64,000 nt of DNA. Source: Paragordius varius. Its lineage: Eukaryota; Animalia; Nematomorpha. Of this stretch, positions 50,099-62,601 are shown piece after piece. The DNA is taken from positions 9,362,001 through 9,426,000 of the forward strand of contig OZ176051.1 of the NCBI GenBank assembly GCA_964247055.1, in the 5' to 3' direction. The translations under genes and the position numbers were made by a program. Below the pieces are notes generated by a model that had not been told where the DNA came from, made no database searches, and was given only the letters and a program-made list of their open reading frames with translations. Numbering within the stretch: the stretch's first letter is position 1; each line of letters begins with the position of its first letter.

Positions 50099-52190
50099 TG
50101 ATGGTGTGTGGAGTTTATTACAAAGAAAATATTTATTCATTACCAAAATTAAACTTATGTGTGTAATATCACAATACTTTAATTATAGACTAACTATTTT
50201 GCTTGAAGGCACAATTAACAATATTAACTCCGTGTATCACAAAGTGTTATAATTGTTTGCAATTATATAGGTGTTTTGTCCACAACAGTAGGTTCTACTT
50301 TAACATCACTCTTTCCCTGTAACTGATATCTATCTGGATGGTGTCGGATTCGTGTAGGGTCTCGCCGTTCTGTGTGAGTGTCAGTGGTAGGTGTTATGGT
50401 GGGTGTTTGGGATGGCAATTCAATGACGGGCTCCAAGGGTTGAGGCGGTATGTTCGGAGCTGTGGTCGTGTCAGTAGGGTATCTGACACATAGGTCAAGC
50501 GATTATGGTGTTTATTCAGACAAAATTGTCTTTCCCATTCTTTCCCATCCTTCCCTTGTTCTCAATTGATCGGCGTGTTTTCGGATGATTTTGTTACCAA
50601 CTCGTATTTTATATGGGTGTAATCCGAGTCGTCTATTTACAATTCCTTCTCGCCAACCATTCACTAGTTCATTTTTTATATACATTTTTTCGTTTTCATG
50701 GTATTCGTGATTAGGTTGTACATCGTCTAAGAAGTCTTATTTTAGCCATGTGATTGGATTGGAGGGGTGTACGTTTTAGGAAAAGTTGTGCGGGACAGGT
50801 ATTTGTAGCACTGTGGATGTTAGTGCGGTATCCCCAAAGCGTATTATTTATTTTTGATTTTCGGTAGTCTTCTGCCGACCGGTAATGTGTTTTTAGAGTA
50901 TATATCACTAGTTCCACCATTCCGCTCGTTTTTGGATGATACGGAACTGATGTTACATGTTTAATGTTTCCCGTCATGAATTTTTTAAACTGCCCATATG
51001 TAAAGTAAGACGCATTGTCAGTTACTATCAATCCTGAAAATCCATATAGACTGAAACATTCGTATAGGAAATATAAGATATTTTTGGTCGATATCATTTT
51101 CGATAGTTTAACTTCGACCATCCAATAAAATTGTCTATTGGGCCTGCTATATCTAGATTTAATCTCTCCCATATTGCTGTATTGAAGTTCCAATTGTATG
51201 TGGGATTCAGTTTTGGCATCGACCCACTTTTTTAAGTCGCTTTCCATGTTGTGCTAAACGATTATTTTGCTTTAGACATCAGGTGTCCGACGTGTAATAA
51301 GTGTAAGATATTTATCTGCCAATATAACCCGTACATATTTGCAATTTGATTTTGTTCTTGGGTCGGTGGTCTGGCTTCTAATATGGTTACGATTTAAGTT
51401 AAGATTATTGACAAACCTTACATGTTCTGTTGTTTGAAGACTTTCTGTGTCTTGTTGTTAAAGTTCTGTCGGCATGCGGAACAATGGATCTGCAATGTTT
51501 TCGTGACTTTTAATGTACCGTAGATTGTAATTAAATTCGGAAGCTTTATATATCCAACGTAGTAGCTTGGAATGTTTATTTGGTCTAGTTTACGATTATT
51601 TCCAAACAGCTTTATTAGTGGTTTGTGATCAGTACGCAATTCAAACTTCTTCCCCGTAATAAGCGTTTTAAATTTTTCAAAGCTAAAAGTATGGCTTGTG
51701 CTTCCTTTTCTATCACTGAATAATTTTCTTCGGGATTAGACCACTTTTTTGATGCGTATACAATGGGTTTATTTATGCCCTCCTGAGTGGTCTGTAGTAA
51801 CACTGCTCCGTACCCTTTATTCGGGGCATCTGTTTCAATTATTATAGGGAACTCAGGGTTGAACGGGGTTACTTTAAAAGTATGGCATATTAAATTTTTG
51901 GCTCTGTTAAAACAGTCCTCGAGGTCTTTGGTCCATATCCAGGGTTATAACTGCCTAGGTCGTGAATTACAGAAAAACTTCCACATTTTGGAAGGAATTG
52001 TGTGTGAAAACTTATAAGCCTAAAAAAGACTTGAGTGTTTTTTGTCATGAACTTGGGAAGTCTTTCATGGCTTTAACTTTATCGGCTGCTGGTGCGATGT
52101 CGTTGTTTCATTTAACATATCCTAAATAGCTTACGACCGGTTGAAAAAGTTTAAGTTTGCTTTTACTTAATTTTAAACCAGATTCTAGAC
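50099..52190 (-). mobile_element. Duplicate Ty3/Gypsy relic
   Basis: ORFs 50711-51247 (integrase) and 51615-51803 (RNase H) match those at 25096-26186; LTR ~50305-50099. Confidence 0.9.
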
Positions 52191-52532
52191 TAGTGGTCAC
52201 CCAATGACGGACAAATAAAATATATTTTTTTGAGGGCCATTAACCATTTAATGGCAAATATTCCATAGCGATTTGACACATATGGACATAATTATACTCT
52301 AACTCAGCCCATGAATTTTTTGCGGATTGCATGTAAATTCAGCTAAAAACTCGTTTTGCACCATTAAAATTAAAATATATTGATTACAGAATTTATTTTG
52401 ATATTAACTAATAATTTTTGATAAATTTGGTTTCCCCTCATGACAGGCCAATCTTAATAGGTCGTCCATATGATCATGGATTAAACGATTTCTGTTTGTA
52501 TTGACATACTTCATTTTTGAATACGCCGTCTC

Positions 52533-53166
52533 TAGGGTTGTGCATTTGACTGCTTTTTTAAAAAGTCCGGTCTGACCCGGTCAGACCATGGTCATGACCA
52601 CTTTACCTAAGTAAATATCATGCGATATTATATTGTGAAAATAATGTTCGTACGACACTTGAGTTTCACTAATAATGTCATGTTTTTTCTTAAAAGTTTA
52701 TATTATACATTATTTTATATTTATTACAATATTTTCAAAATTTAATTTAGAATTTGGTTTTAAAATAAATTTTGCCACATTCTTGTGGCCTTACTGGATA
52801 TTTCAGATAAAATTTTACCTAGTTTGTTTTACACTTTCTTTCATCATTAAAATATCTTATAAAATGTTTTAACATTTTATTGGTTCATAAATATAGAATA
52901 ATAGCATATTTTGCAAAATGCTTGATTGGTTTGTTTTCAAAATAGCTGGATATGCTAATTGCTAATGTTATAAAAATGCATGTTTATATTTATTTTATAT
53001 TTTCTTAAAAGGTATAATTACTATCTCTCTTCTAAAAAAAATTAAGCAGCAATTTTTAAAAAAAACAGCTGTTTTTTTAAATGACCATGGTCAAAAAATA
53101 AATAGTCACTGACCTGGTCATGACCCGGTCATTTAAACGGGTCATGACTTGGTCAGCATAACCCTA
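52533..53166. mobile_element. tagggttgtg MITE (same insertion as 26920-27550, copied by the segmental duplication)
   Basis: Same TSD, gccgtctc, at 52525-52532 and 53167-53174. Confidence 0.93.
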
Positions 53167-53587
53167 GCCGTCTCACACGTGTAGGTTGAAGGAACAGAAC
53201 TTGAGCACATTTATATTTCATACTTACTTGGCACATCTTGCCAAAACTCTATATATCTTTCTTCTCTACAATTCTCCTTGAATATATCCTCCAAATTGGA
53301 ATCATTTTTAAAATCTACGATTTCTTCAATGATATACGCCTGATCAAAACCGAAATGCTAAAGTTGCTTAATATTGGATATATCCATATGCCATAGATTT
53401 TCAACAAGTTTTAAGCAATTTTTAGTATTTCTTAATTCATGAAATCTGAATTTAATCTCATTAGATTAAAATGTTAAATGATTATAGTATTAAATTAATC
53501 TTCGCGGTAAAGTCCATATTTTCTTTAAGCGTTTTAAGTGTTGGAAAATATAGGAGTGTTTTAATTATAAAATCTTGTTTATATATT

Positions 53588-53760
53588 AGAATTAATTTGG
53601 CAAACGTATGAATATATTATTAACAAATAAAATAATTTATTAATAAAACTTATATTTCGACCATGTTAGCATGATCTTGATACATGGTCGAAATATAAGT
53701 TTTATTAATAAATTATTTTATTTGTTAATAATATATTCATACGTTTGCCAAATTAATTCT
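53588..53760. repeat. Perfect 79-bp-stem hairpin with a 15-nt loop, part of a 225-bp insertion
   Basis: Arm 53588-53666 is the exact reverse complement of 53682-53760; absent from the paralogous site (~27950). Confidence 0.95.
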
Positions 53761-56700
53761 TATATTGTCATTCACGTATGGAATCCTTAAATTTTAACAG
53801 TGTTTATATATTATTAATTTTTCTTCAAAAGCAATTATTTAATTGACAAATTGTGATATTATTTTGCTCCCTTGAAGACTTGTATTAAAAATACAAAATT
53901 TATAAGTAATGTCGCAAAGATAGGCTAATAAAACCCACCATTTGTTAAATTCCTCGTCCAACTTTCTGTTATCTTTTATAAATAATAGAATTTCATGTAA
54001 CAAAAAATCTATAAAATACTTTGCTAAGGCTTAGCCATCTCACAGCGGTGGACAAAAGATTATCATAAAACTTAATATGGATTTCTTTTAGAAGGTTTTT
54101 GTATTTACGGCGGTTGAATTTTCCGCCACGGATGTGGTTAACTATATCAACAACGGTTTTAATTACTGAATTGAGTGTTTCATCTTTAACACGCGAAACC
54201 AAGTTTTGCTGAATAAAGCAGTGAAAGGATAAAATATTTTGCAAATTATATTTGTTTTGAAAAGAGAAATAATCCTTTGTTTATTCCAATCATTGAGGGA
54301 CAGCCATCTGTGCAGATAGAAACCAATTTTTTCAGATATACCATTATTATCAAAAAAAGTGTTAATTATTTCGAGAAACTCACTTCCTTTCGTAGTATTA
54401 TTTATTGGTAAAAATTTTTATTCCTCGTTGATTATGTTGTCGTTGCAAATTTTCACGAAGAGCGCACATTGAGGTTTTGTACTAATATCAGTGCTAGAAA
54501 TAGCAATACTAAAATATTTGCAGTTTTTCAGAGCTAAAAATGTATTGTTAAAAACATATTTAGACATATATTCTATGCGTCGAGCACATAATAAATCAGA
54601 AAGATAAGTTTTTTAATTTGCCTGTGATTAGATCTTTATTATGGAGTTTATCAAATAAAATCCATTTATTAGACATCTTTATATTAATTGGGAATCAGTA
54701 AACGGTTTCATGTTTCTATAATATAGCAAATTTCATACGAAGCTAATGATACGGCTTTTTCCTGGGAGAAAGGTATGAACATAATAGATATTTCTTTCTG
54801 GTATAATTTCTTAATCTTTTTATATTTTTCGTATTTAGTAATTATGGAGAATGATGGATTGTAAAATGTCTTTCAATAATGTATTTTTAATTATGTTGCC
54901 CTTACATATAAGGCAGGTAATCACATTTTTATTTAAACGACAAAGAATTTTTCTTCCCATACATTTTTAAAGAAGCGATTTTCATCGGATAATTTACGTT
55001 TTTTAGCATTAGATGTCATTCTTAAATTTATGTTTTAAATTATGTAAATTTTTTCAAAAAAATAAATATAATTTGAATAATGCTAGATAGCAAAGAATAT
55101 GTATATGTAAGTTTGGGTGAAAGGCTTGCATAAATACAAAAAAGGAATGCAATAAATTTTTCAATAGAGAAAATAAAATAGAATTAAAACAACATAAGTT
55201 AAAATTTTGAAATCATTTTGATGTAGAGAAATTTTTATACATTTCAAATTGGGTAAAAAATAAAAATACAACAATTAAATCTAAAGATAAATTAATATTA
55301 AAATAAGCGAAAATTCGTTAATGTGTAAATTAAAAATTATCAATAAAAAAATAATTTAAGTATCAATGTGGTCATAGGAATTTTAAAACACTCTTAGGGC
55401 ATGCGGCCCGCAGGCCACGGTTTGAGTACAACTGAGTTTCAGTCTCATGCGTGGACCTGATATATATTTTTTGTGCGCAAACCTCCGCATTTGAATCGAA
55501 AATACGATCCGTTTTATTTGGGTTGTGCACCTTTAGAACATATACTAATTAAATTAGCAAAATTGATCGATAAAAAATATATATTGTTAAGATCCAACAT
55601 AAAAGAAGTTTTCTTGATTTGAAATTATTTAAAAATATCGCGTTATGTTCATAAATATATATATAATCAGATAATTTGTGAACTAAATTAAAAACATTTC
55701 CCGGACAAATTGTAATATAATGTAGCTAATCGTAGGTCAATCACTATAATAAAATATTCAGATGTTGTAGACATGATTGAATCAAAATTGATTAATTTTC
55801 CCATGTTTGTCATAACGCATCTGAGACATGGCAACACTGGCTACTATTATTGTGCTTACACTAAAAATCACCATACAATCAAAAAATTATATACAATCGG
55901 TGATCTAATCGAAAAAAAGTATTTTTCGCTTTTAAAGTAAAAATTGAATTTATACGAACAAAACGTGAAAAGATAAAGACAAAGATTTCCTTTCACAAAA
56001 CTCTGGTCTATTTTTTAACTTTGGTTTTTTAATGATGTTTGATAAACAATCAATAATATATTTTACAATTGTAATCAAATGATTTAATTAGGAAAAATTA
56101 GGGTTAAAAAATTTAATTATCTTTTGAACAAAAAAATACTTGTATTTATGTTTTTTCGTTTTGGTGTATAATACTTACGCACTTACCCCTATTTCTTAAT
56201 TGGTCCAACAAGGATTTCATTGTAAATTAATAGTTTTCGGGAGTGAGATTTTGTTTAAGCTTCTCTATCCAGAATGCTTTTTCTGCTAAGCTAATCGTAA
56301 CATTTTGAAATTCTAGATTGAGTTAAGAGATCCATGTATTTTTCGACCACTCTGGAGGAGCAGTGGTATTATTTTCATCTATTATTTTATGATTTTATAA
56401 CACCAGTGATTTAATTCAATGGCGTTTTATCAAATTTTTTAAATTCTTTATGCCATATTCATTGATATAAGTAAAAAAACAAGATCCTCCGTATAAAAAT
56501 CAAAAGGGCTAAGAGTCATATTATAATTAACAATTATGTTAATAATTTTATACAAATACGAGACACATTGCTGGTGGCCTATACCCTAAAAAGCCTAGGT
56601 ATGCATTCAAAAAAGGTTAACTTAAAACAATATTATCAAATAAAATAAACTATGAGTGTCATTTAAATGAAATACTAAATTAATTAGAAAAAAATTTAAT

Positions 56701-56834
56701 TAAAAAAATAGGATTAATTCTATGAAAAGAGATATATGTGCTCTGTGCCAATGCAAATGGAATCTTTAATTGATATAACAACCATTCATCGTAAGTAAAA
56801 TAAAGCTAACTAAAATTCAACAATATACGTTATA

Positions 56835-58657
56835 TAATGTGACCAGATATTTAGAACCCTGACGCAGTACAAAATTAAATACTTTGCCTATTTTTTACAC
56901 CAGATTTTCGGCGTGTTATATTAAATGATATTGTTCGTTACTATTTATAAGCTCATTAAAAACAATTGAAAATATCCAATAAATAAATTTATTTTTCTAT
57001 CAGGGATTGGAACCCGAACCGTAGTAGTTTCGGTCCGGTTCCATTCGATTTTGGCCTAAAATTTTGGAGTTTATTCCAATTCTATTTTTGAGTTTAATAT
57101 AAACAATTTATGAGTAATAATAGTAAAAAACAAACAAATAATATCAATAAATGAAAAATTTATAATTAATAATAAAATATGTTGTAACTAGGGTTGTGCT
57201 GACCAGGTCAGTAACTATTTATTTTTTGACCTTGGTCATTAAAAAAACAGCTGTTTTTTGAAAAATTGCTGGATTTTTTGGAAGAGAAATAGTAAGATTT
57301 TATCGTTTTTTAATATATTTTTTAAAAAAAATAAAAATTATATGCTAATTTAACAATAAAAAAATTTTTAAACATGAATCGAAGTAACATTAGCATTTAA
57401 GCATATCAAGTTATTTCGAAAAACAAAACAATCAACTTTGCAAAATATGCAATTATTCCATATAAGTGAACCAATAAAATGAAAAAACATTTTATAATTG
57501 GATATTACAATGATGAAACAAAGTGTAAAACATACTAGGTAAAATTTTTATTGAAATATCCAGTATTAAAAGCATTTGAAGATTCAAAGGTTATAAACAT
57601 GTGGCAAAATTTATTTCAAAACAAAATTCTTGATTAAATTTGATTGAAAATATAAAAAAATTTATAATAAAAACTTTTAAGAAAAAACATGACATTAGTA
57701 GTGAAACGCAAGTGTCGTACGAACATTATTTTCACAATCCAATATCGCATAATATTTACTTAAGTAAAAAGTGGTCATGACCGTGGTCATGACCATTGTC
57801 TGACCGGACTTTTTTTGAAAAAGCAGTCAAATGCACAACCCTAGTTGTAACGCTTCATAAAACACAAAGGCACGGAAAAGATGATTAAAAGAAAGGAATT
57901 GATAAAAAAATTTTATTTGTTATATGTGTGTGTATGTGTATGTCAAAATTAAAATAAGTTTAAAATTTGTTTAGGTAAAAATAAATGAATAATAAAACTG
58001 GCTAAATATTTAAGTTGAGGGAATAAAAAATTAAGAAATATCACTCCCACCTAATGAAAATATAAAAAGTAAAATATTAATTTTTTCTTACGAAAAAAAG
58101 GTTATATCGAAATTATAAGTAAAATTTTAAAAATATGTTACGGAATTAATTTTAAAAATTTTCCGTTTAATAATTATAATTTAAGTAAAATTTAACTGAA
58201 ACTTATCTGAAACAAAAATGAATTTACAAAACTTGATCAAATTACTATAATATAAATTTATTTTGTATTTATTTTAAATATAAGGTCGCTTTTGCGGAAG
58301 CCTTAGTGAAAGGGTCATTAGCCTAAATCTGAAGTCTGATATTTATAGTTCCGCCACTGCGCGAATGGCTGCATTCATAAGCGATTTTACAGGTTCAAAA
58401 CTCAATTCCATGTATAGTTAAAGCAAAAAATTAAAATTCTAAAAAGGTCATAGTTTTTTACCGCAAAAGAACCATTTATTTTAAAAAGGGTACTCCATGA
58501 AATTCTACAAAAAATATTCCATAAATAAAAGGGTAATTAAGACATATTTATTAAAAAAAAATTCAAAAAGCAGTACAAAAGTCAGCGCAGTACAGGCGCG
58601 GTTTTTTCCCGAAAACCCAGTACTGTACTGCGAAAAACAGCCTATATGGTCACTTTA
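56835..58657. mobile_element. Non-autonomous hAT element with 8-bp TSD, containing nested elements
   Basis: TIRs taatgtgacca and tggtcacttta; TSD acgttata at 56827-56834 and 58658-58665; the empty site is at ~30988-30995; subterminal gcagtac repeats. Confidence 0.95.
57189..57843. mobile_element. Third tagggttgtg MITE, an independent insertion in the opposite orientation
   Basis: TSD gttgtaac at 57181-57188 and 57844-57851; the internal sequence is the reverse complement of 26920-27550. Confidence 0.95.
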
Positions 58658-58879
58658 ACGTTATAGAGAAATAATCCAATCAAAGTGCTATGCTAATGGG
58701 ATCCTTTACTCGAATTATAATAAAATATATTTTGTTGAATTGCCCATAATATAAAGTATAGCTATTTAACTTGATATAAGTAGATATGATTAATGGCAAT
58801 ACATATTTAAATATAATTAATTAATATAGCGTTTGCACTTCAAAAGTCTTTTTTAACACTTCCAGTTGGCTCTCGAACA

Positions 58880-60600
58880 TAAAGATATATTATATTTAAT
58901 ATGATAATATTTACATTCTCGTCATCCTTAGTGTAAAAGTTTAGGGTTCTTGGAATTATTATATATATGATGGCTAGTACCCACCCGCCCACCGCCAATT
59001 CCTCAGTCTTAACGTACAAAAGTTAAAATAATTAAACAACGAGCATGTGAAAATCATGTTTTAAAATATCGTCTTCTCGATGTTGCGTGAGCAAATTTCC
59101 TAATTATAGTTCAATTGCTGGTAACCATTTGCTCAACCTTTTTACAGCCATCGTGCTTCTAATATAATTTTTAATTATTTTTAACTTTTATGAACGTTCC
59201 GCTGTAGCAACCGTAACTGGAAGTCTAAAACAATAATAATGCTGTTATAACTTCATCACAACTGGCTGAAGCTGTTGGGTAATTAATAATTAATAGCTCT
59301 GAAAAGTGATTGGCATTGTTTGAGCGATCTCATGCTTAAGCTAATTAGAAACTGAGACTATTTGAATCGGAAAATATTCACTTAAATCGTTTGGATAATT
59401 AATTATTAAATATTTTGGCTGAATTGATAAATTCCACTCATTTTATTTAACTTTGATAGAAGCAGAATTGATCAATAAGTATATATGTACTAATTAAATG
59501 GAATATGAATGTGCTAACCGATAAGATTTTTTAATTTTGAGAATGACCCGCTGAAAAAAAATTGCCGACCCGTATTTTAGTGTGTGGTAAAAGTTTATCG
59601 AAAATTTTATGTTTTAGAAATGAAAATAAATTTAAAAATAACATGCATCAAAGGTTAAAAACATTATCAAAATAATTAACATTAATGTATACCAGCTATA
59701 TTGGCCAATACAGTAAAGTATGTAAAATAACAATCATTCTGTAAAATTTAATGAATTTTTTCACGATGTATGCACTGATAAACATTGTTTACAAAATTAT
59801 TGTTATTTTTCATATTTGCTGTAATATGAATTGGCCAACATTAATGCGAGTTGGCCTGCATTAAATTGCATATTGTAAAATCAAAATATAAATTAAGATT
59901 ACTTGTTAGAGAATATTGTTATGATGAATGTTTTTCTTTTTTCCCTCCTTTTTTTGTTCACTATTAAAACTGCCAGAAATTAATAAATGAAACAATTTCA
60001 TTATGGCTAAAATGTAATGGATAGTCACAAAAATACATTTTTTGCTCTTTCTTACAATAATATTAAAATTTACATTAACCCATATTCTCATAAAAATTGA
60101 AATATGTAAATTGTCTTTCGCACTACATTAAAACCAAAATATATTTTTACGATATATTAATATATTATTGTAAATGAAATTTTATTTGTAATAATTTTAA
60201 TTTAGAGGCAAAAAAATTTTATCTGTCAAAATTTTGTGAATTCTCATAAAACTATAATACTATAGTTTTTATAACAAAATAATTTAGGACTTAAAAGTAA
60301 GCTTCACTTAATTTTTGGTGTCAATTATTATCTATATTCATATTATTTTTTACACCTTTTAATGGGAGGGAATTTAAAGCTGTTAATTAAATATTAACTT
60401 ATAATAAAACCGCTTATTGAGATAGTGAAAAAAATGGATTTTTTCGCTTTTTCTCCTTCGATCAATAATAATTCTCTTTATTCTTTGCCAGTATACTTAC
60501 AATCACGCAATCATTACTTACATATCTGTAAATAAAAATAATAGATTTTGGGCCCCTGCAAAATAGAAAGGGGACCCAAAATTAATTTAACAAATATTTG
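58880..60600 (-). mobile_element. hAT relic with C-terminal dimerisation domain, related to 14452-17026
   Basis: Minus-strand RLPVTVATAERSF..IRSTM and IRKFAHATSRR at ~59080-59240; 59520-60540 resembles 15900-16900. Confidence 0.75.
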
Positions 60601-61344
60601 GGCCCAGTACAAAATTTGGATTTGCAATCATATTCCGAAAATCAACTTAGCTTACACGAATATCAAAATATATAGTTTGAATGTTCACATTTTAAAATGT
60701 ATCAATGTTCACATCCTATACCCAGAACTGTTTTATACTTTGATCCAGACACAAATAAAATGAAAAAACCGTCATTTGAAACTTTAATAATCGTATGTAA
60801 ATACTTGAATCCATTAAAAATATGGAACATTGCTCTTAGATTTTGTCATAGCATTAGACATGGAATTATTCAATAAAATTCCAGGTTAAGATAATTATTA
60901 AATTAATAGCTGTTTGTCACGAATGTTGGTGCTAAAATTTAAATATATATATATAATTAAAAAAACATTTTGGTCTAATTTAGCAAAAATAATTTCTCTA
61001 ATAATAATTGTACTATATAAGTTTAAAGCACAGGGACAAAGTACCCAAATAAGTACCCATCCTATATAATGTGAAATGGTAATATAGTGTTCATGTATTA
61101 CAATTTGTTTAAAATCCTATTTTAGCCAAAATTTGTATAATATATTATATAATTAAAAATTTTGGTCTGTGCGTAAATATTTGTCCAATAAGCTCCTGCT
61201 CTTCATTTCAATGGACCTGAAAGGTTATTATAAAATTAACCCTTAATTATTTCTTTTAATTATTTCACGGAATTAATCAGACACCACTTAGGCTCTTAAA
61301 GTTGATGTAATTTCTTAATATATATATATATATATATATATATA

Positions 61345-62534
61345 CTGTGTGCAAAAAAGAAGGTCATTTTGATTTAACGAAAAAATATTTTTTTATAAGA
61401 TAGCTTATGACCAGCTCATTCATTCTCCGCAAAATTTTTTATTTGTTGACAACCTAGTTTTTGAAATATTGAGAGAAAATCGAAATCAGGCAGAAAGTGA
61501 AAATTAAGGATAATTAAGGATAATTCAAAAAATAATGAGAAAATCTGAAATATTATCGTTTATTATCATTTTAGGAGATAATTTCAATATATAAATAGCC
61601 TATAATCATATAGTTAGCGTTTCTATAAAATTTTAGGTCAAAAGATGGCGTTTTTTTTATCACATTTAAAAGACAAAAATTTAATGAAACTATATTAAAA
61701 TAATTTTTTTTAATTATTTACTACCTAAACTCACTATTATAATCCTAACATTCATATTTTATTTCGTAAAATAGACTTCTAAATCAAAATAAAACCTAAA
61801 ATATTGTTTTTTATTTTTGCATTTTTTTGTCATCTGGTTTGTGAGTATATATTTATACTGTTTCTATTTAGATTCTTCCATGATTGGGAAGTATTAAGCT
61901 TATTATTTATGCAAAATAGGATTTAAAAGTAGTGAAATATCAACCAACAATCCGTACAAATCTCAATACAATTATTAATTTGTCATAAAACAAACATGTT
62001 ACAGAAAATTGTAAGGATTTTTGGTTGATATTCCACTACTTTATTTTGCATATATAATATACTTAATAATTCCTAATCTAAGAATCCAAAATAAAAGAGT
62101 ATAAATTTTTTATATACTCATAAACCAGATGACAAAAAAATGCAATGTTAGGATTATAATAATGAATTTAGGTAGTAAATAATTAAAAAAAATTATTTTA
62201 ATATAGTTTCATTAAATATTTGTCCTTTAAATGTGATAAAAAAAAACGCCATCTTTTGACCTAAAATTTTATAGAAACGCTAACTATATGATTATAGGCT
62301 ATTTATATATTGAAATTATCTCCTAAAATGATAATAAACGATAATATTTTAGATTTTCTCATTATTTTTTGAATTATCCTTAATTATCCTTAATTTTCAC
62401 TTTTTGCCTGATTTCGATTTCTCCCAATATTTCAAAAACTAGGTTGTCAACAAATAAAAAATTTTGCGGAAAATGAATACGCTGGTCATAAGCTATCTTA
62501 TGAAAAAAAAAATTTCGTTAAATTTTTTTTGCAA

Positions 62535-62535
<1 letters not shown>
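61345..62535. mobile_element. ~1.2-kb foldback element inserted in a (TA)n run (Tc1/mariner-like TA target, inferred)
   Basis: Outer arms (~61345-61750 and ~62145-62535) are near-perfect inverted repeats; the inner arms are more diverged; flanked by (TA)n on both sides. Confidence 0.88.

Positions 62536-62599
<64 letters not shown>
62536..62599. repeat. (TA)n microsatellite, ~32 units
   Basis: Read directly. Confidence 0.97.

Positions 62600-62601
<2 letters not shown>

Larger units (their letters stand above)
52191..55434 (-). mobile_element. Duplicate Charlie/SPIN-like hAT element
   Basis: Same ends and transposase remnants as 26575-29595 (ORF 53993-54244). Confidence 0.9.
48210..58880. 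repeat. Segmental duplication unit B, copy 2 (with extra insertions)
   Basis: Colinear with 22640-31200; extra DNA at 53588-53812 and 56835-58657. Confidence 0.92.
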
